Program-made: the position numbers and the translations under genes | Part shown: piece after piece, positions 9,074 to 17,850 of the stretch | How positions within the stretch are numbered: position 1 is the first letter of the stretch | Layout: every line of letters starts with the position of its first letter | Notes under the pieces: generated by a model | The model's database searches: none | What the model saw: only the letters and a program-made list of their open reading frames with translations | Told to the model about the DNA's origin: nothing | Source of the DNA: Acidiferrobacterales bacterium | GTDB lineage: Bacteria > Pseudomonadota > Gammaproteobacteria > Arenicellales > JAJDZL01 | Length of the DNA: 64,000 nt | Assembly: GCA_028820695.1 (NCBI GenBank) | Contig: JAPPIB010000008.1 | Span: forward strand, 1,395-65,394 | Direction: 5' to 3'

Positions 9074-9206
9074 ATCATTATAGTAAACTGCTTCGTGTTG
9101 CGTTGACCCCTCGCCAAAGCAACACAATGTCCACAAGCACAAAGATGGTTTCAGTGTGCTGCGATGGGTTATCTCATGGCGATGTACCGGAGTCCAGACC
9201 GTCAAA

Positions 9207-9549
9207 TTATCGGCAAATTTTACGAATCGTCAGTTCTCGCATACCAAAAGTCGTCAAGTCGATTGCTAAACACACTGGCGCATAGAGTCCGCCTGCTTTA
9301 CACCAATGCATTCCGCCGCCGCACTTGAGTGCGACAGCAGTATCGATCAGCAATGTACGTTCCTTGAATTCGGGCGTTCCGAACCCGTCCATCCATTGTC
9401 GTAATTCTGCCCCTTGCTCTACATCACGTCTTTCGTTCAAATGTTGATATCAACATTTGAGCAACAATTGTCGGGTGGAACTTGCACACACCAGAGTCAA
9501 GTGCCTTTCCACGGCGCACTTCTGACAGACACAAGTTACTTGAATTCAT
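9207..9549 (-). pseudogene. decayed PIN-domain (VapC/FitB-like) toxin gene, frameshifted, with no antitoxin partner left
   Basis: Frame 1 gives MNSSNLCLSEVRRGKALDSGVCKF...MLISTFERKT*. The next frame continues ...GAELRQWMDGFGTPEFKERTLLIDTAVALKCG... This resembles the VapC pattern (TNVxSE...RILPFD..AA..wg). The resemblance is weak and judged by eye. Confidence 0.35.
9437..9460. repeat. perfect 24-bp palindrome TCAAATGTTGATATCAACATTTGA
   Basis: Read directly from the sequence. It sits at the frame break of the VapC-like remnant. Confidence 0.9.
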
Positions 9550-9585
9550 AGGACTTGAGCACTGAGGGCCGCTTGGCGACTCAAG

Positions 9586-10209
9586 TCATTTTGAGTGGTG
9601 CATGCCGTAGCCAAGTTGGCGCACAACTTTTCGAAATGTCTTTTCAGATTTAATCGGAACGCTGAGGTGCTTTTCGCCTGATCGCATACACAGTTTTTGA
9701 GTGTGTCTGTTGGAAGCAATGTCTGCTGCGACTTCCTCGCTGATGCACTCGATCAGTATTGCACTTCCGCGCACGCTGAGTGCACGCGCATTTTGTTCAC
9801 TGCTACGCAGAAAGCCTTCAACCTTCTCCGGCAGCGGTTGATCATCCCTTGAGATCAGAAAATCCCTCAGGTCGTTGACATCGGCTCCGTTTTCGACCGA
9901 TAACAGAATTTTGTCGCGAGCAAGCCGCCAAGTGTTTTCGGCTTCCTCGTTTGCAAACCTCTCAAGTGTCAACCGCTCAGAAGCGGATAAGGGTTTCGCA
10001 ACTTGTATTCTTGAATCGGAAAACACAGAAATAGGTGTTGAACTCTCTGACTGATGCTGATAGCTGTCTTCGAGTCCCAGGCAGTAGGCGCCAAGCGCGG
10101 TCAGACGAAAATACTCAAGACCATCGTATTGACTGATCCACACAAGTTCCTGAGCACCCCACAGATTCCGGAAATCATATTTTGCATGCTGAATGCGATT
10201 GACGGACAC
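9586..10209 (-). pseudogene. N-terminally truncated helicase-associated (XPB N-terminal / Helicase_C_3-like) domain protein
   Basis: The 207-aa ORF ends ...SVRGSAILIECISEEVAADIASNRHTQKLCMRSGEKHLSVPIKSEKTFRKVVRQLGYGM. This matches the 'damage-recognition-like' domain pattern seen N-terminal of bacterial XPB-type helicases and their accessory proteins. Full-length relatives, as I recall them, are much longer. The 5' end abuts another gene fragment. Confidence 0.45.
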
Positions 10210-10569
10210 GCTAAAAACTTTTCAATATTCATCACGCCAGGCGGCTATCGCCTGACGCCCCTATATGATGTCATGTCAGTATCACCCTATCCACAATTCC
10301 AGCAGCAAAAAATCGGACTGGCGATGGCGGTTGGCAACCGCAATGTTTATCGGGTGCATTGGATTTCCCCCAGACACTTTCGTCAGACCGCGGAAAAAGC
10401 CGGTCTCCCGAATGAGGAGGTCGATCTGATTTTTGATGAACTGATTGGGCGAACCGATCTTGTTGTCTCTGAAATCGAAGCGCTTGCTCAAGAAATGAGG
10501 ATACCGGAACCGACATACATACCGATACTGGATGTCTTGAAAGAAAGGGCTCAAACGCTTGATTCATGA
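10174..10569 (+). pseudogene. HipA C-terminal fragment (catalytic loop onward; N-terminal two-thirds missing)
   Basis: ...LNAIDGHAKNFSIFITPGGYRLTPLYDVMSVSPYP...ISPRHFRQTAEKAGLP... closely parallels the E. coli HipA C-terminus (DGHAKNFSVF...YRLTPFYD...PRHF). No P-loop or N-terminal domain precedes it. The left coordinate is approximate. Confidence 0.75.
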
Positions 10570-10724
10570 CCTTGAACAGTCGAAACCGTAAGACCTTGGT
10601 TTGTGTTTACAACTATGAGATGTAAAGGGGCAACACAGGTGTTTTTCATAAGGTCAATTGTAAAGGAAGCATCATCGCTTAGAACGTGGTGCTCGACAGT
10701 TAACTGATTGACGACCTGGAAAAC

Positions 10725-11858
10725 TCACAGTCCTGACAGAGCCTGATCGAGGTCGGCGATCAGCTCATCCACATCCTCGATGCCGACTGACAGCCGGATC
10801 AGATTGACCGGCACCTGACTGTGGCGTCCCTCAACGGTTCTTCGATGCTCGATCAGACTCTCAACACCACCCAGAGAAGTCGCACGGACGAATACGTTCA
10901 CCGATGAGACAAACTTGCGGGCCGCCTCAGCACCACCTCTCATCAAGATCGACATCATGCCGCCATATCCATTCGACATCTGCCGGCATGCGATGTCGTA
11001 AGTCGGATGGCTTGGAAGACCCGGATAAAGAACCTGATCAACCGCATCGTGCGATTCCAGGAATCGGGCGATTTTCATGGCATTGTCCGATGCCCGCTCA
11101 TAACGGATCGACAGTGTTCTCATTCCCCTGAGCAGCAGCCACGCCTCAAAAGTTCCAAGCAGTCCACCGGTCAGCTTGCGGACCTCGATAATGTCGTCCC
11201 ATCGAGGCGTCTTGCGCCGGGTTACAAGCACACCAGCGTTGAGGTCGCTGTGACCGTTGAGGTATTTCGTTGCCGAGTGAAAGACGATGTCTGCGCCGAG
11301 CTCCAAAGCGCACGTCGTTACCGGTGGTGCCGCAGTGCAATCGACCGCCAGAATCGCTCCGGCTGCGTGCGCCTCATCCGCTGCTCGGCGAATGTCCAAT
11401 ACCTCCCAGGACGGATTGATCGGCGATTCAATCCATACAATCGCAGTCTTCCCCGGCTGCAATGCCGCACTGAGTCCGTCAGGATCAGAGGGATGAAACA
11501 GCGTCAGCCCCAGACTCCTCTTTTCAGAAATCCGCTTCAGCCAGTCAACGGTACCGTGATACATGACTCTGGGTGCGACAATATGCTGCCCCATGTCGAC
11601 TGTCTCAAATACCGCCGCGATCGCCGCTAGTCCTGAAGCGAAGAACAAGGCCGCCTCACCACCTTCCAACTTGCAGACTATTCTTTCAAGTTGAGTGTAG
11701 GTCGGATTGTCATAGCGGCTGTAGACATAATCACCGATCAACTCGAGATTCTCGTCTCTGGCAAATGTGACCGAAGGCATGATCGGCGGGACAATTCCAC
11801 CGCTCTGTCCGTCAATATAATGCCCGGCCTGAGCCAGTAACGTCTTGTAATCGTTCAT
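10725..11858 (-). CDS. Cys/Met-metabolism PLP-dependent enzyme (cystathionine gamma-synthase/beta-lyase/methionine gamma-lyase family)
   Basis: 377-aa ORF with the PLP-lysine motif SATKYLNGHSD and family blocks (YSRYDNPT, GGVESLIEH). Its start overlaps the upstream HAD gene stop (ATGA). Confidence 0.85.
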   Translation of the reverse strand: MNDYKTLLAQAGHYIDGQSGGIVPPIMPSVTFARDENLELIGDYVYSRYDNPTYTQLERIVCKLEGGEAALFFASGLAAIAAVFETVDMGQHIVAPRVMYHGTVDWLKRISEKRSLGLTLFHPSDPDGLSAALQPGKTAIVWIESPINPSWEVLDIRRAADEAHAAGAILAVDCTAAPPVTTCALELGADIVFHSATKYLNGHSDLNAGVLVTRRKTPRWDDIIEVRKLTGGLLGTFEAWLLLRGMRTLSIRYERASDNAMKIARFLESHDAVDQVLYPGLPSHPTYDIACRQMSNGYGGMMSILMRGGAEAARKFVSSVNVFVRATSLGGVESLIEHRRTVEGRHSQVPVNLIRLSVGIEDVDELIADLDQALSGL

Positions 11859-12541
11859 TTTTTATCGCCAATGGTTGGTTGTCGAGCAATTTGTGCTCGT
11901 AAGGGATTGATGAGCAGTTGTGTCAGATCAATCAATTCTTCAGGTTGATGGGCAACTCCATCAGGTTCGGCAGACAATAGATGTTCAACTGGATGCCACC
12001 CCCAACTGACTGCAATGGTCGCGACACCAGCCTTTATACCCTCTTCAATGTCACTGACCGTATCGCCAACCATACATGTATTGACTGATGCCGAATCATA
12101 TCGCTTGATGAGGGACTTGATTTTCACCGACTTGGCACCGGGTGAGTCGCCTCCGATCACATCGTCGAAATACCGTTCAATCGCATGGTTTGCCAGTACC
12201 TTGCTGACAATAGGCGCAGGTGTCGCTGAAACGATTGCAAGTGTGCCCGAATGGCTGAGCTGCCTGATCACCTGTTTCATATTCGGAAACAGTCGGACTT
12301 CGTCTGCGACCCGGTCGAGTTCCTGATCCAGGAACTCAAGGAACTTGGGTATCTGCTCGGTACCGACCCCGATTCGATCGCTGATTTCCCCGATTGTCAT
12401 TCGCTGGATGTTTCGCAAATCATCCGGGGTGAATCCGGTCGGTTGATTCAGCTTGTCGGAAGCAATTCTTACCGACCGCGCAAATATATCGATTGAGTCG
12501 ACTATGACACCATCGTAGTCGAGTAATACGATTGACTTCAC
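11855..12541 (-). CDS. HAD-superfamily hydrolase (phosphoglycolate-phosphatase-like)
   Basis: 228-aa ORF with HAD motif I (LLDYDGVIVDS) and motif IV (MVGDTVSDIEEG). Confidence 0.75.
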   Translation of the reverse strand: MKSIVLLDYDGVIVDSIDIFARSVRIASDKLNQPTGFTPDDLRNIQRMTIGEISDRIGVGTEQIPKFLEFLDQELDRVADEVRLFPNMKQVIRQLSHSGTLAIVSATPAPIVSKVLANHAIERYFDDVIGGDSPGAKSVKIKSLIKRYDSASVNTCMVGDTVSDIEEGIKAGVATIAVSWGWHPVEHLLSAEPDGVAHQPEELIDLTQLLINPLRAQIARQPTIGDKK

Positions 12542-12659
12542 GTCGTCATGCCAGACAGGATATGAGCAGGGAAACTTGAACTGCCAAAGTCGCTGGAAAT
12601 CACTCGCAAGTACGCAAGCGGATTCTCAATGCCAAGTGATTCAGTCCGTATACGCAAAA

Positions 12660-12691
12660 AATTGGGGTGTCGTTCAAATGACACCCCAATT
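12660..12691 (-). terminator. rho-independent terminator after the BMP-family binding-protein gene
   Basis: A 12-bp perfect stem (AATTGGGGTGTC / 8-nt loop / GACACCCCAATT) is followed on the minus strand by TTTTT. It lies 32 nt past the stop codon. Confidence 0.75.
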
Positions 12692-12722
12692 CATTCCAGG
12701 TCCGGTTAAACTCCGAAAAGAA

Positions 12723-13811
12723 TTAATTCGGAACGGAACCGTCGACTCCCATCACGTAGTAGTTCATCCCCAAAAGATCACCGTCGCTCATGACCTCACC
12801 GGCGGCAACTACCTCGTTGCCGGCTTGGTCCATGATGGGACCGGTAAATGGATGAAGTGTTCTGTTGCGAATTCCTTCAACAGTTTCGTTGGCTTTCGCA
12901 ATGACCTCTGCGGGTAAAGACTCAGCATTGAAATCTGCCATCACCACCATTCCGTCTGCAATGCCGGCCCACACATCCTGAGACTGCCAGTTTCCGTCCA
13001 TCACATCTTGTGTTCTTTGGACATAGTATGGCCCCCAGTTGTTGACGATTGCTGTCAGATGGGCCTTTGGTGCAAAAGCATGCATGTCCGAGGCCTGACC
13101 GAATGCCAGAATCCCGCGTTCTTCAGCGACCTGTAACGGTGCGGGAGAGTCAGTATGCTGAGTGATGACATCGGCACCCTGGTCAATCAATGCCTTGGCG
13201 GCGTCGCCCTCCTTGCCGGGATCGAACCAAGTGCTCACCCAGACCACTTTCACCCTCGCATCAGGATTTACACTATGCAGTCCCAAAGTGAATGAATTGA
13301 TGCCGCGCACGACTTCCGGAATGGGAAACGAGGCGATGTAACCGATAACATTCGATTTAGTCATCGCACCGGCGATCTGTCCGATTACATATCTGCCTTC
13401 ATAGAATCGGGCGGAATACGTGGCAACATTATCGCCTCGCTTATAACCGGTTGCATGTTCAAAGTGAACGTCTGGAAAATTCTTAGCGACTTTATTCGTG
13501 GGGTTCATATAACCAAATGAAGTGGTGAAGATGAGATCGTGTCCGTCAGCAGCCAGCTGTCGGATCACGCGCTCCGAGTCCTGTCCTTCCGGAACGAATT
13601 CCACGTAAGTGGTCTGGACTTTATCACCAAAAGCTTGTTCGACTGCCAGTCGTCCTTCGTTGTGCTGATAGGTCCATCCATGATCGCCGACGGGTCCGAT
13701 GTAGACAAATCCCACTTTCACCGGATCGTCCGACAGGACAATCGAAGAGGCTGTCAGTCCAAACAACGCGGCCGCGAGAGCCAATGTAATTCTTTTCATT
13801 TCCTTCTCCAA
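12723..13811 (-). CDS. BMP-family (Med/PnrA-like) ABC-transporter substrate-binding lipoprotein
   Basis: 362-aa ORF with a signal peptide (MKRITLALAAALFGLTASS) and typical blocks (VGFVYIGPVGDHGWTYQHNEG, FEHATGY). Confidence 0.8.
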   Translation of the reverse strand: MEKEMKRITLALAAALFGLTASSIVLSDDPVKVGFVYIGPVGDHGWTYQHNEGRLAVEQAFGDKVQTTYVEFVPEGQDSERVIRQLAADGHDLIFTTSFGYMNPTNKVAKNFPDVHFEHATGYKRGDNVATYSARFYEGRYVIGQIAGAMTKSNVIGYIASFPIPEVVRGINSFTLGLHSVNPDARVKVVWVSTWFDPGKEGDAAKALIDQGADVITQHTDSPAPLQVAEERGILAFGQASDMHAFAPKAHLTAIVNNWGPYYVQRTQDVMDGNWQSQDVWAGIADGMVVMADFNAESLPAEVIAKANETVEGIRNRTLHPFTGPIMDQAGNEVVAAGEVMSDGDLLGMNYYVMGVDGSVPN

Positions 13812-14304
13812 TAACTGAATTCGTTAAATGTACATCTCGTACTGTTGTCAATCTATTGTAGAATCATTTTATAAGTTTTCGTATGAGTAAGAAAACAAAT
13901 TGAAGTCGACCTTTTTGCGAGTATCCGAAAAGAGAATTCTGGACTGGGACAAGTCGATCAAGTAATCTCGGAGCAACTCGAATCTGTAGCAGCGATCGGT
14001 GCAACGGATGGAATCCACTATCCGCACAAAGCGATTGCCAACTCGAACGGCGAATGCGTATTGACGCACACGCTGGAACCGAGCGCGTCAATGGCGCTGA
14101 ATATTCGTTGCGATGTCCTGGATAAAGCACATCGGCATTATGAAGTTCATTGGTCATCTGCGCATTTGGATGCCGTTGCATCGCCTGATCTTTACCAGGT
14201 GATCGCAGGAGTCATTCCAGCATTCAGGCCGATACTCAATGGGAAATATCCGATAGTGCGACGACAGCCTTCCAGGGCAGAGGCTGAATCATCTTACGGA
14301 GAAT

Positions 14305-15237
14305 ATGTTGTGTTGCAACGAGTTGATCATGTTGTCACAAGTGAGTGCCGACATACACTCAGAGAACTTTCTAATCTACGGTAATCAGGAGACAGAAACG
14401 TTGGAAGAGATCACAATAAAGACAAGGAATCTCGAACTCTCGGCACTCGCCTGGGGCAGCAGCGATCTGCCGGCAGTCATTGCATTGCATGGCTGGCTGG
14501 ACAATGCAGCCAGTTTCATCCCAATCGCCGAGCATCTCGAAAACTTAAGACTTATCGCGCTCGATATGCCAGGTCATGGCAAGTCCCAACATCGCGCCGG
14601 AGTCAACGCGTACCATTTCATCGACTACGCAACTGATGTCATCCTCGCTGCCGATGCGCTGGGGCTTGAGAATTTCAGTTTGCTCGGTCACTCACTGGGT
14701 GCGGGTGTGGCCGGCGTCATCTGTTCGGTAATTCCGGAGCGCATCAATCGTCTCGCCATGGTCGAAGGGTTGGCCCCCGTAACCGGACCTCCTGAGAGAT
14801 TTGTCGATCAACTGCGCAGTCACGTTGACCGTGCCACTCAAGCTCGCGTCCCGCCAAGAACCTACAAGAATCTCGATGATGCCGCCAAGGCGCGCCAGCA
14901 GGCCGGACTGATGTCACTGGCTTCGGCACGACTCATTGTGCGCAGAAATCTGATTGAATCGGAAGATGGATTCACATGGCGCACCGACCGCTTCCTGCGC
15001 CAACCCTCACCCGTCTACCTCGTAGAGGAGCATGTGACCCGCTACCTTGAGAGTATCCAGTGCGAATCAATCCTGATTCGATCCAAGGATGGAATCATAC
15101 TGAATTGGGAAGCTCTGCGGGGCCGGGAGAAATACCTTGATCGGCTAACCGTGATCGACATCGAGGGAGGACATCATTGCCATATGGACCTGCCAGAAAT
15201 CGTCGCACATTATGTCTTGCCATTTCTCAGCGGCTGA
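14305..15237 (+). CDS. alpha/beta-fold hydrolase
   Basis: 310-aa ORF with the HGWLDNAASF oxyanion region and the nucleophile elbow GHSLGAG. The exact start is uncertain. Confidence 0.75.
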   Translation: MLCCNELIMLSQVSADIHSENFLIYGNQETETLEEITIKTRNLELSALAWGSSDLPAVIALHGWLDNAASFIPIAEHLENLRLIALDMPGHGKSQHRAGVNAYHFIDYATDVILAADALGLENFSLLGHSLGAGVAGVICSVIPERINRLAMVEGLAPVTGPPERFVDQLRSHVDRATQARVPPRTYKNLDDAAKARQQAGLMSLASARLIVRRNLIESEDGFTWRTDRFLRQPSPVYLVEEHVTRYLESIQCESILIRSKDGIILNWEALRGREKYLDRLTVIDIEGGHHCHMDLPEIVAHYVLPFLSG

Positions 15238-15322
15238 TTTGTGTTGGATTTCATATCGGAGCATGATGCATAATTGAACTCATCGTTGCGCGGTCGCAAC
15301 ATCATCAGTACGGACAATTGTG

Positions 15323-15478
15323 ATGAAACTGTTTGACTATCTTGCCAACGACAAGTTCAGAAAACGCTTCAAGCGACTTGGTGTGATCGCATTCCTATTC
15401 TTTCTGATCAAAGGATTGCTGTGGCTGATCATTCCCGGATTGCTCATTTATTTTGGATACTCCGGCCTTGACTGGTAG
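15323..15478 (+). CDS. small (51 aa) predicted membrane protein
   Basis: Hand translation gives MKLFDYLANDKFRKRFKRLGVIAFLFFLIKGLLWLIIPGLLIYFGYSGLDW*, a basic N-terminus followed by a hydrophobic span. It is too short for the ORF track. Confidence 0.3.
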   Translation: MKLFDYLANDKFRKRFKRLGVIAFLFFLIKGLLWLIIPGLLIYFGYSGLDW

Positions 15479-15580
15479 CAACAGACACAGTCAAACTGCG
15501 AACGGGCAGATACAAACCTGATAAAATTTTACTTGACCGATTTTCCAGTTGATTGCCTGAAAGGTAAACCACCGCCCATC

Positions 15581-15925
15581 ATGCCTGCAGCAAAGAAGAA
15601 GATGTATCGCGTTCTGTTCCATAACCAGTCGAAGGTGTATGAACTTTACGCCCGGCGTGTCGTGCAAAGCGATATATTCGCGTTTCTTGAGGTCGGGGAT
15701 ATCGTTTTTGGCGAACAGTCGAAGTTGGTCGTCAACCCCGGCGAAGAACAGCTGAAAACCCAATTCAGCGGCGTCAACCGAACCTACATTCCCGTCCATT
15801 CGGTCATCCGCATCGATGAGGTTGAAAAGGAAGGTTCGGCGAAAATCCACGCCAGCGGAGAAAAGGGCGTCGTTACGCCGTTCCCCCTGCCCTACACACC
15901 GCCTGAAGGCGTATCCAGCGAATAA
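15581..15925 (+). CDS. DUF1820-family protein
   Basis: MYRVLFHNQSKVYELYARRVVQSDIFAFLEVGDIVFGEQSKLVVNPGEEQLKTQFSGVNRTYIPVHSVIRIDEV matches the DUF1820 pattern. I chose the ATG at 15581 over the TTG at 15533. Confidence 0.8.
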   Translation: MPAAKKKMYRVLFHNQSKVYELYARRVVQSDIFAFLEVGDIVFGEQSKLVVNPGEEQLKTQFSGVNRTYIPVHSVIRIDEVEKEGSAKIHASGEKGVVTPFPLPYTPPEGVSSE

Positions 15926-15945
15926 CTCGAACTTCTTCTTGGGAG

Positions 15946-15967
15946 ATTCAGCCCTGCGAGGCTGAAT
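15946..15967. terminator. short hairpin between convergent genes (possible bidirectional terminator)
   Basis: ATTCAGCC / ctgcga / GGCTGAAT, an 8-bp stem, lies between the DUF1820 stop (15925) and the zapG stop (15995). Confidence 0.3.
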
Positions 15968-15994
15968 GATCAGTCGGCGACTTTCTGATTGGGC

Positions 15995-16354
15995 TCAATC
16001 GCTGTGCTTTTCGTCGTCGCTCGGGTCTTGGTCCAACTGCCTTAGTGAATGGACACTTTGCTCCAGAAGATAATCACCGTCGCTGTCGTCAGACGCACAC
16101 AGTTCAACTACACCCTCAGCCACTGCCTGATGCAACTGCTTCTGACGTTGGTCAATCTGGCTGAGTAAAGACACGGTGTCGATAAAGTGGGATCGTACGT
16201 TTGACCGGTATTCATTCATTTCGGTCTGCAATTTTTCAAGCTGCTGTTTGGCACCGTTGTTCTTGCTCTGAGTGCGGGCAATCATATATCCGACGATGCC
16301 ACCACCGAAAACTCCGATGACCAGCGCCAGTATGATGTTGGGGGTAAATTCCAC
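15995..16354 (-). CDS. zapG: Z-ring-associated protein ZapG (YhcB, DUF1043)
   Basis: 119-aa ORF with a single N-terminal TM helix (IILALVIGVFGGGIVGYMI), then a coiled coil (QQLEKLQTEMNEYRSNVRSHF) and an acidic tail. Confidence 0.8.
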   Translation of the reverse strand: MEFTPNIILALVIGVFGGGIVGYMIARTQSKNNGAKQQLEKLQTEMNEYRSNVRSHFIDTVSLLSQIDQRQKQLHQAVAEGVVELCASDDSDGDYLLEQSVHSLRQLDQDPSDDEKHSD

Positions 16355-16830
16355 AGCAATTACAAATGGGTATGATTGGCGGCTAACTCAGTAATTCTCT
16401 GACAATGAAGCGGCTGAACGCCCGATCGCAGTGATCCGGGATACTATGCCACCACAAAACACATCAATTCTATATTGTTGAAAGTCACAATAAATTCATA
16501 GACCTGCGTATGCCATCGGTCGCAGCTTACGCCTTATGACTACTCGCATTATACGCAAGTGATACCGAATTGCACGAAGTACCTTTTTCCCAAAACGGCA
16601 AGTGATGAAATGTAATGTGCACTCAGATTTGCAGACACAGTGAATCGTGAGATCGGAGTCATTCATACAACGGTCTTTCTCACCCTTGTATGAATCGATC
16701 TGCCGATTGGTGCTTAAACATCGAACGTAAACATCTCTATCTGACATCTGATCGTTCACGCGACACCAAAAGGTCTATCGCCGAAATCATCGCCATGCTG
16801 TGATCGCGCCCTGCCAGGTTGTCGACGAGT

Positions 16831-17670
16831 TCAAGCCTTAGCGGACGCACTTTTCTTTGCAGATGATAATCTTTGATCTGTCCCCCCCCCCCGAATAAAA
16901 TCAAAAAAAGCCTTGTGTTTCCGGCGCGGATCGTCAGTTTCCTCCGATATCGCATAAAAATAACGGTACCCCAATTCCCGCAGTTTTGCGGTTACCCGCT
17001 TTCCCTTCTCTATTTGCGATTCGTAATGCCCTTCCATTGCAATAATCGGCAGTACTGCAGACAGAAAATCGGATGCTCCGTCAATCATCTCGCATTCATG
17101 ATCTTCGACATCAATCTTGACAAAAGAAACATCATTCAACTCAAGCGGCTTCACCAACGAATCAAGCTTGTCCACTGAAATTGTTGTACTGCCATGTCGG
17201 TCGGTAATATAAGATCCACCAATGTTGTGAGAATTAATCTGAAAATTCAATTTACCTGAAGCATCAGACAAACCTAATTCCACAACCTCAATTGGTTGTC
17301 CTACAGAATTTGCCCGTAACAATCCCGCCACCATTGGATTAGGTTCAAACGCCACTACCCTCTCGAAATGCTTCGCAAAGAAGACCGCGTGGTTGCCGAT
17401 ATTCGCACCAATATCCAAGGCTGTCGTATGATGCGGAAGATGTGGAAACACATCACGGGAGAGAAGGGCAAGTTCCGATCTTTCGAAACCTCCGTTACAC
17501 GTTATGGAATTGGAAATGAGATCACCTAAGAATACAGCGCGGACAGACGAAACAAGTACTTCCTTCTGATACCACCGCACGAATTTTTTCGTACAGCTGC
17601 GCAGTAGTCTATACCTGAGATACAGCCTTAGATTGGCAAGGTATCGCAATGCACGATTCAAAACAGTCAT
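16831..17670 (-). CDS. FkbM-family SAM-dependent methyltransferase
   Basis: 279-aa ORF with a SAM-binding stretch (ALDIGANIGNHAVFFAKHFERVVAFEPNP) and an FkbM-type core (VSFVKIDVEDHE). A G11 tract lies in its 3' end. Confidence 0.75.
   Translation of the reverse strand: MTVLNRALRYLANLRLYLRYRLLRSCTKKFVRWYQKEVLVSSVRAVFLGDLISNSITCNGGFERSELALLSRDVFPHLPHHTTALDIGANIGNHAVFFAKHFERVVAFEPNPMVAGLLRANSVGQPIEVVELGLSDASGKLNFQINSHNIGGSYITDRHGSTTISVDKLDSLVKPLELNDVSFVKIDVEDHECEMIDGASDFLSAVLPIIAMEGHYESQIEKGKRVTAKLRELGYRYFYAISEETDDPRRKHKAFFDFIRGGGTDQRLSSAKKSASAKA
16882..16892. repeat. homopolymer C11 (G11 on the coding strand) inside the 3' end of the FkbM gene
   Basis: Read directly from the sequence (tgtCCCCCCCCCCCgaat). 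It encodes the RGGG segment. Confidence 0.95.
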
Positions 17671-17850
17671 GGTTCAGAAAAATATGAGACTTGGAGATAC
17701 TTTCTCAAGTTCGTCCAGTGCTTGAGCAACTGTACCCACCCCCAATAACACCGATGATAAACTACTCGGCTGGTAAATCCCACAGCCTTTGGGTGACTCG
17801 CGTAATCCGAAATCCAATCAACCCAGAAGTCCTCACCCGAAACTTTCGGA

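Noticed and set aside
8678-9205. Long form (175 aa) of the hipB-1 ORF.
   Set aside because: The N-terminal 63 residues are Cys/Trp-rich with no HTH-family similarity and would read through the AT-rich promoter and operator palindrome. The internal ATG at 9016 gives a normal 112-aa XRE protein.
6771-11160. A tRNA gene, integrase or att core that would define the islets as classical integrative elements.
   Set aside because: I scanned the flanks and intergenic gaps by eye and found no cloverleaf-like sequence and no tyrosine- or serine-recombinase ORF. The absence is reported as part of the finding rather than claimed as a mobile element.
13812-14000. Purine/nucleoside riboswitch in the leader of the BMP-family binding-protein gene.
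   Set aside because: The minus-strand leader shows none of the conserved purine-riboswitch core segments or a convincing three-way junction.
13864-14384. Possible decayed gene upstream of the alpha/beta hydrolase: MSKKTN*, LKSTFLRVSEKRILDWDKSIK*, then a long start-less frame ISEQLESVAAIGATDGIHYPH... continuing into track ORF 14061..14384.
   Set aside because: The three frames can be chained, but I recognise no family in any of them. It may equally be non-coding promoter or leader DNA for the divergent BMP and hydrolase genes.
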